From NCBI GenBank assembly GCA_964468875.1, contig CAYXWV010000011.1, positions 303 through 64,302 of the forward strand: a stretch of 64,000 bases of DNA. The letters are read 5' to 3'. Both the position numbers and the translations under genes were made by a program. This stretch comes from an uncultured Anaerolinea sp. (lineage in GTDB: Bacteria; Chloroflexota; Anaerolineae; Anaerolineales; Anaerolineaceae). This document shows, one piece after another, positions 1-8,561 of the stretch (its first letter is position 1; each line of letters opens with the position of its first letter). The notes beneath the pieces were generated by a model, which saw only the letters and a program-made list of their open reading frames with translations, was not told the origin of the DNA and did not search any database.

Positions 1-117
1 ACAGATTATAAAATCATTGTTCGTAATTCAGCAGAAGAAATTCGAGACGCCTTTTTAGAATACCAACGGTCTATTCACAGCACATTATCTATCATCACCA
101 CAGGAAAAGAGGGATAA
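1..117 (+). CDS. flbD: FlbD-like flagellar protein, C-terminal fragment (5' end outside window)
   Basis: Frame 1 is open from base 1 and ends ...YKIIVRNSAEEIRDAFLEYQRSIHS...KEG. Its TAA overlaps the motA ATG (TAATG at 115-119). The pattern and the position directly upstream of motA match FlbD of Bacillus/spirochaete-type operons. Confidence 0.45.
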   Translation, partial: TDYKIIVRNSAEEIRDAFLEYQRSIHSTLSIITTGKEG

Positions 118-917
118 TGGACCTTTCAACCATTCTCGGTTTTGTTGTCGGTTTTGCGACTGTAGTTGTGGTTTTGATTTTGGATGGTGGACATCCTGGA
201 GAGCTATTTGCTGTTCCTCAAGCCATCATGCTCATTTTCGTTGGATCTATGTCCGCAACGGCAATATCAGTTGGAACAAAAGTATTTGCCACCCTTCCTA
301 AACTAGTCTCAGAAACAATTAAACAGAAAAAAAACAATCCTTCTGAAGCGATTGAACTATTAACCAAAATGGCTGACAAAGCCCGCCGTGAAGGTCTGCT
401 TGCACTGGAAGAGGAAAGTAAAAAAATTCAGGATCCCTTTCTGCAAAAAGGAATCATGTTGGTGGTCGATGGTGTGGATCCTGCCCAGGTTCGAGCAATT
501 CTTGAAACGAACATAGAAAATTTGCGTTCCAGACATAAGAAAGGAGCAGGCGCTTTCGCTGCTGCAGGAGGGTTCTCTCCTACATTTGGGATTATTGGTA
601 CTGTTATGGGGCTGATGAATGCATTAAAAATGTTAGATGACCCGCAAAAATTGGCAGAGGCTATCGCAGGAGCATTTTTAGCCACTTTATGGGGTCTATT
701 ATTTGCGAATCTGATCTTCATCCCTCTTGGTAATAATCTTAAAGCTAAAAGCGAGCAAGAGGTTCATTATCGTTATCTATTAACTGAAGGTATTCTTGCA
801 CTTCAGGCAGGCGAAAATCCTCGCATCGTAAGAGAAAAACTAAATGCATTTCTGGCACCAAAAGAAGCAAAGACTGAAGAAGGCAAAAAGAAATCGCCTT
901 CCTCTTCTCAGGCATAG
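117..917 (+). CDS. motA: Flagellar stator protein MotA
   Basis: 266 aa with four hydrophobic segments. GIIGTVMGLMNAL and AGAFLATLWGLLFANLIFIPL match the MotA/TolQ/ExbB channel signature. motB follows directly. Confidence 0.9.
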   Translation: MDLSTILGFVVGFATVVVVLILDGGHPGELFAVPQAIMLIFVGSMSATAISVGTKVFATLPKLVSETIKQKKNNPSEAIELLTKMADKARREGLLALEEESKKIQDPFLQKGIMLVVDGVDPAQVRAILETNIENLRSRHKKGAGAFAAAGGFSPTFGIIGTVMGLMNALKMLDDPQKLAEAIAGAFLATLWGLLFANLIFIPLGNNLKAKSEQEVHYRYLLTEGILALQAGENPRIVREKLNAFLAPKEAKTEEGKKKSPSSSQA

Positions 918-934
918 ATGGGAGTAAATAGTAA

Positions 935-1711
935 ATGAGTGGTCATGGTGGCGGTGGGCACGAAGAAGAACATGCTGGCGGAGATGAACGGTGGTTGGTG
1001 AGTTATTCAGACTTCATCACATTGTTGTTTGTTCTTTTTGTGGTGCTATATTCAATCAGCCAGGTGGATGTTACAAAGTATAAGATATTGGCAGAAAGCA
1101 TGAGAGCTGCCTTTTCGACTGGTACTGGTGGAAATGCCGGTGTAATAAATAGCTCTATTGGTACTGGTGGAGGCGGAACTGATCCGAACAGTCAAACAGA
1201 TCCAATTGTTGTTCCTGGTATGCCCCAAAAGGCACCAGACTCAGAATCAGTGGCTGATCAACTTTCACAAATGCTTAAATCTATGAATGTTGTTCCGGGT
1301 ATTAGTGTTCAAAACAATATTGAGGGAGAACTTATCTCATTAAGTGAAAGCATCGTTTTTACCCCGGGAACGACATCATTACAACCTCAAGCATATCCCG
1401 TTCTTGATAACATCATGGTTTTTTTGAATACCATACCTAATGAAATAAGAATCGTAGGTCATACTGATGATACTCTTTCATCAGACCCTAAATACTCTAA
1501 TGATATTGAACTTTCGGTTGGTAGGGCAATAGTAGTAGCAGATTATCTGATCAATGCGGGTTTGGATCCTTCAAGAGTATCTATCTCTGGTAAGGGCCAG
1601 TATGACCCAATTTTTTCAAATGATTCTGAAGAACATAGAGTATTAAACGGTCGTACTGACATTGTCGTTATATATCCTGATTCCACAAGTCTGGTAACAA
1701 CTACTCAATAG
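935..1711 (+). CDS. motB: Flagellar stator protein MotB (OmpA-like C-terminal domain)
   Basis: N-terminal TM WLVSYSDFITLLFVLFVVL carries the conserved Asp. The C-terminal OmpA-like peptidoglycan-binding region has IRIVGHTDD, LSVGRAIVVADYL and NGRTDIVV. Confidence 0.9.
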   Translation: MSGHGGGGHEEEHAGGDERWLVSYSDFITLLFVLFVVLYSISQVDVTKYKILAESMRAAFSTGTGGNAGVINSSIGTGGGGTDPNSQTDPIVVPGMPQKAPDSESVADQLSQMLKSMNVVPGISVQNNIEGELISLSESIVFTPGTTSLQPQAYPVLDNIMVFLNTIPNEIRIVGHTDDTLSSDPKYSNDIELSVGRAIVVADYLINAGLDPSRVSISGKGQYDPIFSNDSEEHRVLNGRTDIVVIYPDSTSLVTTTQ

Positions 1712-1727
1712 TAAGAAAAGGGTCATT

Positions 1728-2351
1728 ATGGAAAATCCAAAAAAATCAATTTTGCCTGCTATTTTAAAAACCGTTGGACTAGTTTTTTTGGCGATTTTCT
1801 CCATCGCCGGAGCAGCGTCCGCTTATATTGTTTTCGCACCAGACAATTTACCCAAACCGTTTTATCTTCAATATATCTACCCAGGACAAGTTTTACCAGA
1901 TGGCAGTATGGTACAACCACAATCGATGCCGCAGCCTCAGCCTCAGCCCCAGGTTCAATCTACATATGTACAAGAAGACCACGAGTTTGTATCTGGCGAA
2001 GGGATCATGATCGATACCGGAACTAAAATTGTAAATCTCGCTGACCTGTCCGGAAAAAAATTTATCAAAATCAAAATTGTAATTGAAGTTGCACCTTCAA
2101 ATGCTGAATATAACTCTTTACCTGAAGAAGAAAAGACCGCTTACATCACAGAATTTACAAATGAAATTACAAATAAATTGCCTCTCATTGAAGATGCAAT
2201 CATCACACACATTTCCACAAAAACTTACGATCAAATCTTCACTTCTGACGGCAAAGAAGGGTTGCGCCAGGAATTATCAAGTTTAATTACCCAGAGATTG
2301 CCAGAATATCACATTCTGTCTGTCCTTTTCACTGAATTCGTCGTTGAGTAA
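1728..2351 (+). CDS. fliL: Flagellar basal-body-associated protein FliL
   Basis: Single N-terminal TM. The C-terminal region FIKIKIVIEV...LPLIEDAIITHISTKTYDQI...GKEGLRQEL is typical of FliL. It lies between motB and fliM. Confidence 0.75.
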   Translation: MENPKKSILPAILKTVGLVFLAIFSIAGAASAYIVFAPDNLPKPFYLQYIYPGQVLPDGSMVQPQSMPQPQPQPQVQSTYVQEDHEFVSGEGIMIDTGTKIVNLADLSGKKFIKIKIVIEVAPSNAEYNSLPEEEKTAYITEFTNEITNKLPLIEDAIITHISTKTYDQIFTSDGKEGLRQELSSLITQRLPEYHILSVLFTEFVVE

Positions 2352-2362
2352 TCTGGAGCAAT

Positions 2363-3397
2363 ATGCTTAGTCAATCAGAAATTGATGCCCTACTAAAGGG
2401 TGCAATTGAAATAGAAGAAAAAGATGGTGGCGGAAGCGTAAACCTTGCTGAAATCATTGGTCAGCCTACTTCATCAACGCCCACAGCCGCAAAAACTGGA
2501 GGAGAATCCTCCAAGAAAATTCAGGCATACAATTTTTGGTCGCCTGAAAGGTTTTCAAAGGAACAAATACGGGCGGTTGAATTAGTTCACGAAGATCTGG
2601 CTGAGAGACTTGCGACTTCTCTTCCGACATTTATCAGAACCAGTCTCAGACCTAGGCTGGTTCACACCGAACAAGGTCGTTTTCACGATTTTCTCAAAGA
2701 TTTGCCTGATCAAAGTCTGTTTCATTTAATCACCCTCGCCCCATTGCCCGGACAAATGATTTTGACCATCAGCCCAAATGTTTGTCACGTGATCCTCGAA
2801 CAACGATTGGGTGGGAAAATGGAGGGTGAACCAGTCGTCAGATCTTTAACTGACATTGATCAGTCACTATTGCGCGGATTGGTTGAAGTAATGCTAAATG
2901 ATTTAAAAAGCGCATGGAGCAAAGTCGCTTCAATTGAACCACAATTGGATGATAGTACGATCAATCAGCATTGGGTTCAAATGCTTATGGGTAATGAACG
3001 TGTCTTGTTGCTTACCTTCGAGCTTTCAATAAATATGATCACTGGAACAATGAATGTATACATTCCCTTTAGTTCATTAAAGCCAATTGCAGCGAACCTG
3101 AACCCTGCAGTTTGGGTTACAGGTCGAAAAGAAAAGCAAACAACCCAGGCAACACGCCAATTGACACTTGATTTGTTGTATCCAGTAAAATTACCTGTCC
3201 GTGTTACCCTCGGAAAATCAAAATTATCATTAGGCGAAGTTGCTGGTCTTGCAATAGGTGACGTGATTCAACTCAACACAACAGTCAACAGCAATTTGAT
3301 CATGCGTGTGGCAAACGAAGACCTGTTTAATGTTCAGATTGGAAAAGTTGGCAAAAATATTGCAGTTCAGGTAGTTTCAGTGAACCGTGAAGAATAA
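2363..3397 (+). CDS. fliM: Flagellar motor switch protein FliM
   Basis: N-terminal CheY-P-binding motif LSQSEIDALL, FliM middle domain and C-terminal SpoA-like domain. Confidence 0.9.
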   Translation: MLSQSEIDALLKGAIEIEEKDGGGSVNLAEIIGQPTSSTPTAAKTGGESSKKIQAYNFWSPERFSKEQIRAVELVHEDLAERLATSLPTFIRTSLRPRLVHTEQGRFHDFLKDLPDQSLFHLITLAPLPGQMILTISPNVCHVILEQRLGGKMEGEPVVRSLTDIDQSLLRGLVEVMLNDLKSAWSKVASIEPQLDDSTINQHWVQMLMGNERVLLLTFELSINMITGTMNVYIPFSSLKPIAANLNPAVWVTGRKEKQTTQATRQLTLDLLYPVKLPVRVTLGKSKLSLGEVAGLAIGDVIQLNTTVNSNLIMRVANEDLFNVQIGKVGKNIAVQVVSVNREE

Positions 3398-3420
3398 TTG
3401 TTTTTAGAAAAGGAATCGCT

Positions 3421-3756
3421 ATGGAAAACAATCCTCCTACTACTACCGCTCCAACACAAACTACTTCACCGTCCGGAGATGGATTTCAAGCTAATATTGA
3501 CATGTTGCTTGATGTGCCTTTGACAGTAACCATCGAATTGGGTCGTACCGAAATGACATTAAAACAAGCTCTCGAACTTCAACAAGGTTCAGTTGTCGAG
3601 TTGAGCCGCCTGGCTGGCGATCCAATTGATGTTTTCGTAAACGAAAGACTAATTGCCAAAGGTGAAGTAGTCGTTGTGGATGATAAATTTGCCGTTCGCG
3701 TGACTGAGCTACTATCTTCACCAGCAAAGGGCAACAATTCACAAGGCGAGAAATAA
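3421..3756 (+). CDS. fliN: Flagellar motor switch protein FliN
   Basis: 111 aa. SpoA domain LLDVPLTVTIELGRTEMTLKQALELQQGSVVELSRLAGDPIDVFVNERLIAKGEVVVVDDKFAVRVTEL. Confidence 0.9.
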   Translation: MENNPPTTTAPTQTTSPSGDGFQANIDMLLDVPLTVTIELGRTEMTLKQALELQQGSVVELSRLAGDPIDVFVNERLIAKGEVVVVDDKFAVRVTELLSSPAKGNNSQGEK

Positions 3757-4257
3757 ATGAATAACCACAGCAACGAACGGATAATGGCAATTCTCGCCAG
3801 TTTGAGACGTCTGCCTCGTTGGGCGCTGATTCTGATTACCCTTGGTGTTTTCATCGTTCTAGGGTTCGCCATGTTTCTGCTTCTTCCAGAAGCACACCCT
3901 CAACAAGCAGAATCAGCACTGGATAATGCAACAAATCTGGCCTTTAGCGTTTTTCTTAAACTCGGTGTTGTGGTAATCTTGCTTATTGGGTTGGCAATAA
4001 TTCTTAGACGTTGGCAGACCAAAGCCCAAACAAATCAAAACAAACAGATTGAAATCATTGAAACAGTTCACCTGTCTCCTCACCGTACGTTATATCTAAT
4101 AAAAATAGATGATAAAAAGATTCTTTTAGGTGCGACAGATCAAACCGTAACAAATTTATCAACAATTACATTACCTCCTAATTTCGAACAGGAAGCTCAC
4201 GAAGAGAATTTTTCAAAAATATTATCGAGCTTTTCTTCATCAGATAAATCTAAATAG
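3757..4257 (+). CDS. fliO: FliO/FliZ-like flagellar export assembly protein
   Basis: Hydrophobic segments followed by IEIIETVHLSPHRTLYLIKIDDKKILLGATDQTV, the FliO core pattern. It lies between fliN and fliP, with its ATG abutting the fliN stop. Confidence 0.6.
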   Translation: MNNHSNERIMAILASLRRLPRWALILITLGVFIVLGFAMFLLLPEAHPQQAESALDNATNLAFSVFLKLGVVVILLIGLAIILRRWQTKAQTNQNKQIEIIETVHLSPHRTLYLIKIDDKKILLGATDQTVTNLSTITLPPNFEQEAHEENFSKILSSFSSSDKSK

Positions 4258-4266
4258 CGCAAAATC

Positions 4267-5037
4267 ATGATAAAAAACACGAAAAAATTATTCATAATTC
4301 TACTCGCGACTGGTTTACTTTTCTTGCTTACTTCTTGTGATACAAATTCCGCAATAAGCGCACCAGGCGTAACTTTTTCAGTTACTTCAAATGATGATCC
4401 TACCCAGGTTACAACCGGTGTTCAATTATTAGTCTTATTAACTGTTTTATCTCTTGCCCCATCAATTTTGATTTTGGGAACATCATTCACGCGCATCGTA
4501 ATCGTCTTGTCAATGATTCGCAATGCCATTGGCACTCCTTCCATCCCCCCGAATCAAGTAGTAATCGGACTCTCATTACTGCTGACTTTTTTTGTGATGG
4601 CTCCTACCTATACGCAAATTAACAATGAAGCTCTTCAACCATTCCTGAACCGACAGATTGATCAAAAAACAGCCCTTAACAATGCCATTGAACCGGTTAG
4701 AGAGTTTATGTTCAATCAAACGCGCGAAAAAGACATTCAGTTATTCATGGAAATGCGTGGCGACACTCGGCCTGCGACACTTGAAGATATTCCAACTTCC
4801 GCGTTATTCCCCGCATTTGTAATCAGTGAATTAAAAACAGCGCTTACGATGGGTTTTCTCTTATATGTTCCATTCTTGATTATTGATCTGGTTGTCTCGA
4901 GCATCCTGCTATCTTTGGGTATGATGATGCTTCCTCCCTCATTAGTCTCTTTACCTTTTAAGTTGCTTCTTTTTGTGATGGTTGATGGTTGGTATCTCAT
5001 TACGCGATCATTGATGCTCAGCTTTGGGGGTGTGTGA
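4267..5037 (+). CDS. fliP: Flagellar type III export protein FliP
   Basis: Signal-like N-terminus, then FTRIVIVLSMIRNAIGTPSIPPNQV and LLYVPFLIIDLVVSSILLSLGMMMLPP, characteristic of FliP/EscR. Confidence 0.92.
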   Translation: MIKNTKKLFIILLATGLLFLLTSCDTNSAISAPGVTFSVTSNDDPTQVTTGVQLLVLLTVLSLAPSILILGTSFTRIVIVLSMIRNAIGTPSIPPNQVVIGLSLLLTFFVMAPTYTQINNEALQPFLNRQIDQKTALNNAIEPVREFMFNQTREKDIQLFMEMRGDTRPATLEDIPTSALFPAFVISELKTALTMGFLLYVPFLIIDLVVSSILLSLGMMMLPPSLVSLPFKLLLFVMVDGWYLITRSLMLSFGGV

Positions 5038-5039
5038 TT

Positions 5040-5309
5040 ATGGACGAAGCTTATTTAATCACCCTCTCCCAAAACGCAATAACCGTTATGTTGGTTGTTG
5101 CTGGGCCAATTTTGCTAATCAGTTTGTTGATTGGTACTATAATTAGTCTAATTCAAGCGGCTACTCAGGTAAATGAAGTAACGATGACCTTCATTCCAAA
5201 GATTGTCGGTATTGGGTTGGTGTTAATCCTTTTGGGTTCATGGATGATGCAACAAATTTTGGTTTTTACAATTGGAATATTTAACAGCCTGCCTAACTTT
5301 GTGAAATAA
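5040..5309 (+). CDS. fliQ: Flagellar type III export protein FliQ
   Basis: 89 aa counted from the ATG at 5040, which is 3 nt after the fliP stop. The track ORF starts at 4989 inside fliP. Two TM segments with GPILLISLLIGTIISLIQAATQVNEVTMTFIPK. Confidence 0.9.
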   Translation: MDEAYLITLSQNAITVMLVVAGPILLISLLIGTIISLIQAATQVNEVTMTFIPKIVGIGLVLILLGSWMMQQILVFTIGIFNSLPNFVK

Positions 5310-5337
5310 TCAATTCTTTGAAAATCCGGGTGAAAAA

Positions 5338-6174
5338 ATGGTACCGACCAAAGTTGACATGATCATTCGAACTGTAGATAATTTGCGCCCAATGCCAACA
5401 AGCATCACTCGTGCTCTTAGGGCTATTGAAGATTCTAGCGCCACATCCTCTGAAATTTCTGAAATCATCGGACTTGATCAGGCTCTTTCAGCTTCCATCC
5501 TTCAATCAGCCAATTCAGTTGCAATGGGTTTTTCTACGGACTGCTCCAAGCTCTCTGAGGCAGTCATGCGTCTTGGCTTTAAGCGCTTAAAAGGTTTGAT
5601 TCTTGGAATTGCCGCTGTGGGGCCTTTTAATCAAAGTTTAAAAGGCTATCGTTTTGGAGCTGGCGAATTGTGGAATCATTCAATTGCCACTGCTGTTTCT
5701 GCTGAATGGATTGCCCGAGAACTCCGCTATCCAGATCCTGAAGAAGCTTATACAGCCGGCTTACTTCACGATATGGGAAAGTTATTTCTCGATCAATATG
5801 TTTTCTCTGATTACACCAGAATTGTTGACTTAATGTTGAAATACAAGCTCACCCTCTATCAGGCTGAAGAGCAATTACTAGGCATTGATCATGCCAAAGT
5901 GGGTGGTCTAATTGCTGAGAAATGGAATTTTCCTTTGGTTTTGGTTGAAGCGATTCGACATCACCATACCCCCTCTTCAACCCAAATCGCAAAAAACAAA
6001 TTACCCGCCATCATTAATATCGCTAATTCATATTTTGAAAATACTGGAAATCAAAACGCCCTTTTCTTTGAACGATCTATCCATCCAGATACCTATCAGT
6101 TATTGAATATCAATCAAGATCAGATTGATAGAATGCATTCGCAGCTAACCAATTACATGTTATCTTCTGGATAG
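5338..6174 (+). CDS. HDOD-domain signalling protein
   Basis: 278 aa. LRPMPTSITRALRAIEDSSAT...IIGLDQALSASILQSANS...LGFKRLKGLILG and WNHSIATA...GLLHDMGKL...HAKVG fit the HDOD (degenerate HD-GYP-related) domain. Confidence 0.75.
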   Translation: MVPTKVDMIIRTVDNLRPMPTSITRALRAIEDSSATSSEISEIIGLDQALSASILQSANSVAMGFSTDCSKLSEAVMRLGFKRLKGLILGIAAVGPFNQSLKGYRFGAGELWNHSIATAVSAEWIARELRYPDPEEAYTAGLLHDMGKLFLDQYVFSDYTRIVDLMLKYKLTLYQAEEQLLGIDHAKVGGLIAEKWNFPLVLVEAIRHHHTPSSTQIAKNKLPAIINIANSYFENTGNQNALFFERSIHPDTYQLLNINQDQIDRMHSQLTNYMLSSG

Positions 6175-6175
6175 T

Positions 6176-6556
6176 ATGACTGAAAATCCCAAACCCATTA
6201 TCTTGGTCGTTGAACCTGATCCGGTCCAACGTGATCTAATTCAAATAACATTGCAAAGAATAGGATGTGAGGTAGTAACCACTCGAGACCCGCAACACGT
6301 AGCCGTTCTCGTTGCTAAATTGTATCCATCCTTACTCCTCTTAGATACATTTATTCCTGGTTCAAGTGGCATTGAAATCCTTCAGGATTTGAAACAGAAG
6401 AAACTTTTGAAAAACAGATTTGTTGTTTTCATTTCATCTTATGGTTTTCCTGAAGTTATTGAGCAGGCAAAAGAAGCTGGAGCACAAGAATTTTTGATTA
6501 AACCTTTGGATTTTGACGCCCTAGCCATCCGAATTAAAAGTTTGCTAAAAATTTAA
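6176..6556 (+). CDS. Single-domain response regulator receiver (CheY-like)
   Basis: 126 aa. Acidic pocket ILVVEPDP, phospho-acceptor LLLLDTFIPG, FISS at the T87 position, and Lys in FLIKPL with an aromatic residue two positions upstream. Confidence 0.85.
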   Translation: MTENPKPIILVVEPDPVQRDLIQITLQRIGCEVVTTRDPQHVAVLVAKLYPSLLLLDTFIPGSSGIEILQDLKQKKLLKNRFVVFISSYGFPEVIEQAKEAGAQEFLIKPLDFDALAIRIKSLLKI

Positions 6557-6658
6557 TATTTTCGGTCACATTTCGAATTACTTTAGCCCTTTTTACGAAT
6601 TCTTTAGATTCACTTCATCCCCCCTTTACTGACAAAAATAGACTGTGCGATTATCCTC

Positions 6659-7447
6659 ATGGTAGAGGAAATCATTGGATTAATCATGGCAATATCAATA
6701 GCACAGGCTCAGGTCTTCTTCTTGGTATTTACCCGCATGATGGCGGTTATCATTCATATTCCTAATTTAGGCGGGCAAACCATTCCAAATCAAGTTCGGA
6801 TTGCGCTTGGATTACTGCTATCGGTTTTGCTTGTCCCCTGGACACCTCTGCCAGAAACTGCCGAAAGCATGCCCTTATTGTCATTTGCGGTTTCAATTCT
6901 TGAACAAATTATTATTGGCACGTTGATCGGCTATGCCGCCATCTTAACATTCGGAGCGGTTTCAATTGCCGGTGAAGTGATGGGGCTTGGTAGCGGGTTT
7001 AGTTCTGATCGAATTTTCAATCCTGCTATGGAACAATCAGTAACACCAATGGGACAACTCTTTGTGGTTGCTGCAATGATGTTGTTCATGATCATGGATG
7101 GTCATCATATTGCCCTTTTTGCCTTACAGAAATCCTTCACGCTGCTTCCGATCAATACACCTCTTCCAAATTTTTCTGTTGAGACTCTCCTACGCGTTAC
7201 TGCGCAATTAATCGTTGTTGGAATCCAGATGGCATTCCCAATATACGCAGCCTTATTGATTGCTGATATTTCTTTGGGGCTTATTTCACGTGTTGCCCCT
7301 CAGGTTCAAGTCTATTTTCTTGGTTTGCCCTTGAAAATTGGATTAAGTATGTTTGCTTTTGGAGTGACAATCACGATCATGTTTCCAATACTTCGTGACA
7401 TTTTTTCGAATATTGGTGATCGAATGTTGAGAATGGTAGCTCATTAG
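6659..7447 (+). CDS. fliR: Flagellar type III export protein FliR
   Basis: 262 aa polytopic membrane protein with FliR/EscT-like sequence. flhB follows. An alternative start exists at 6686 (MAISIAQAQ). Confidence 0.88.
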   Translation: MVEEIIGLIMAISIAQAQVFFLVFTRMMAVIIHIPNLGGQTIPNQVRIALGLLLSVLLVPWTPLPETAESMPLLSFAVSILEQIIIGTLIGYAAILTFGAVSIAGEVMGLGSGFSSDRIFNPAMEQSVTPMGQLFVVAAMMLFMIMDGHHIALFALQKSFTLLPINTPLPNFSVETLLRVTAQLIVVGIQMAFPIYAALLIADISLGLISRVAPQVQVYFLGLPLKIGLSMFAFGVTITIMFPILRDIFSNIGDRMLRMVAH

Positions 7448-7452
7448 GAACC

Positions 7453-8541
7453 ATGTCTGATAAAACTGAAGCCCCAACTCCCCGAAGGTTAGAGGATGCA
7501 CGCAACGAAGGTCGTGTAGCCCGCAGTATTGAATTAAATTCTGCGGCAATATTGATGCTAACTCCAATTCTTCTCATGGGTCCGGGCAAAAATCTATTTA
7601 GTTGGATTCGAGAATATCTTTCTGAAACGGTCCTCAGTATAGCTACAATCAGCTCTGATTTAACAGGAATTGCTTTACGTGATATGTTTTTAGGCATCGC
7701 CATCAACTTACTTCCGAAACTAGGGGCTCTCCTGGCTATAGTATTACTTGTTGGGTTAATCGTTACGATGGTTCAAACAAAATTTTTATGGGCATCTAAA
7801 CGAAAGAAATTTGATTTTCAAAAGGTAAACCCACTTGAAGGATTCAAACGTTTATTTTCCGGTCAAGGTCTGGTTGAATTAGGAAAAGCCCTTCTTAAGA
7901 TTGTTTTGGTCGGCTGGGTAGCCTATTCATTCTTAAGTAGCAAAGTAAATGATTTCTTATGGCTGGGCAATACTGATTTGGGATCAGGAATCCTCTCCTT
8001 CTTAGAACTATCAAAAACCCTTGCTGTCAGAATTGGCGTGGTTTACCTGATTCTTGCGATTGCCGATTATGCTTATCAACGTTATCGCTTCATGAAATCG
8101 ATGAAAATGTCAAAACAAGAAGTTAAAGAAGATTTCAAACGATCTGAAGGCGATCCGTTCTTACGTAACAGAATTCGTTCACAACAACGCGCCATTGCAC
8201 GTAACAGAATGATGTCGAACGTGCCAAAAGCGTCAGTAGTAATTACCAACCCAACCCACCTGGCAATTGCCATTGAATACGCCCCCGACAAAATGTCAGC
8301 TCCAAAAGTTGTGGCAAAAGGCGCTTTTGAAATTGCCCAACGAATCGTAAAAATTGCTAACGAAAATAACATCCCTGTTGTTCAAAATATACCGCTGGCT
8401 AGAGCAATATTCAAAACAGTTGAAGTTGAACAACAAATTCCGCCTGATCTGTATATCGCAGTAGCTGAAGTATTGGCATACATCTACAGGCTCAAAAAAC
8501 AAAAGGCTCGCCCGGTCGCTCGTGCGCAGGCACAGGCATAG
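7453..8541 (+). CDS. flhB: Flagellar type III export switch protein FlhB
   Basis: N-terminus KTEAPTPRRLEDARNEGRVARS, four TM segments, autocleavage motif NPTH in VVITNPTHLAIAIEY, and a C-terminal PPDLYIAVAEVLAYIY. Confidence 0.93.
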   Translation: MSDKTEAPTPRRLEDARNEGRVARSIELNSAAILMLTPILLMGPGKNLFSWIREYLSETVLSIATISSDLTGIALRDMFLGIAINLLPKLGALLAIVLLVGLIVTMVQTKFLWASKRKKFDFQKVNPLEGFKRLFSGQGLVELGKALLKIVLVGWVAYSFLSSKVNDFLWLGNTDLGSGILSFLELSKTLAVRIGVVYLILAIADYAYQRYRFMKSMKMSKQEVKEDFKRSEGDPFLRNRIRSQQRAIARNRMMSNVPKASVVITNPTHLAIAIEYAPDKMSAPKVVAKGAFEIAQRIVKIANENNIPVVQNIPLARAIFKTVEVEQQIPPDLYIAVAEVLAYIYRLKKQKARPVARAQAQA

Positions 8542-8561
8542 GTTAGAGAGAAGGACTTGGT

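Noticed and set aside
4989-5039. Upstream extension of fliQ given in the ORF track
   Set aside because: The extension lies entirely within fliP. The ATG at 5040, just after the fliP stop, gives the normal 89-aa FliQ.
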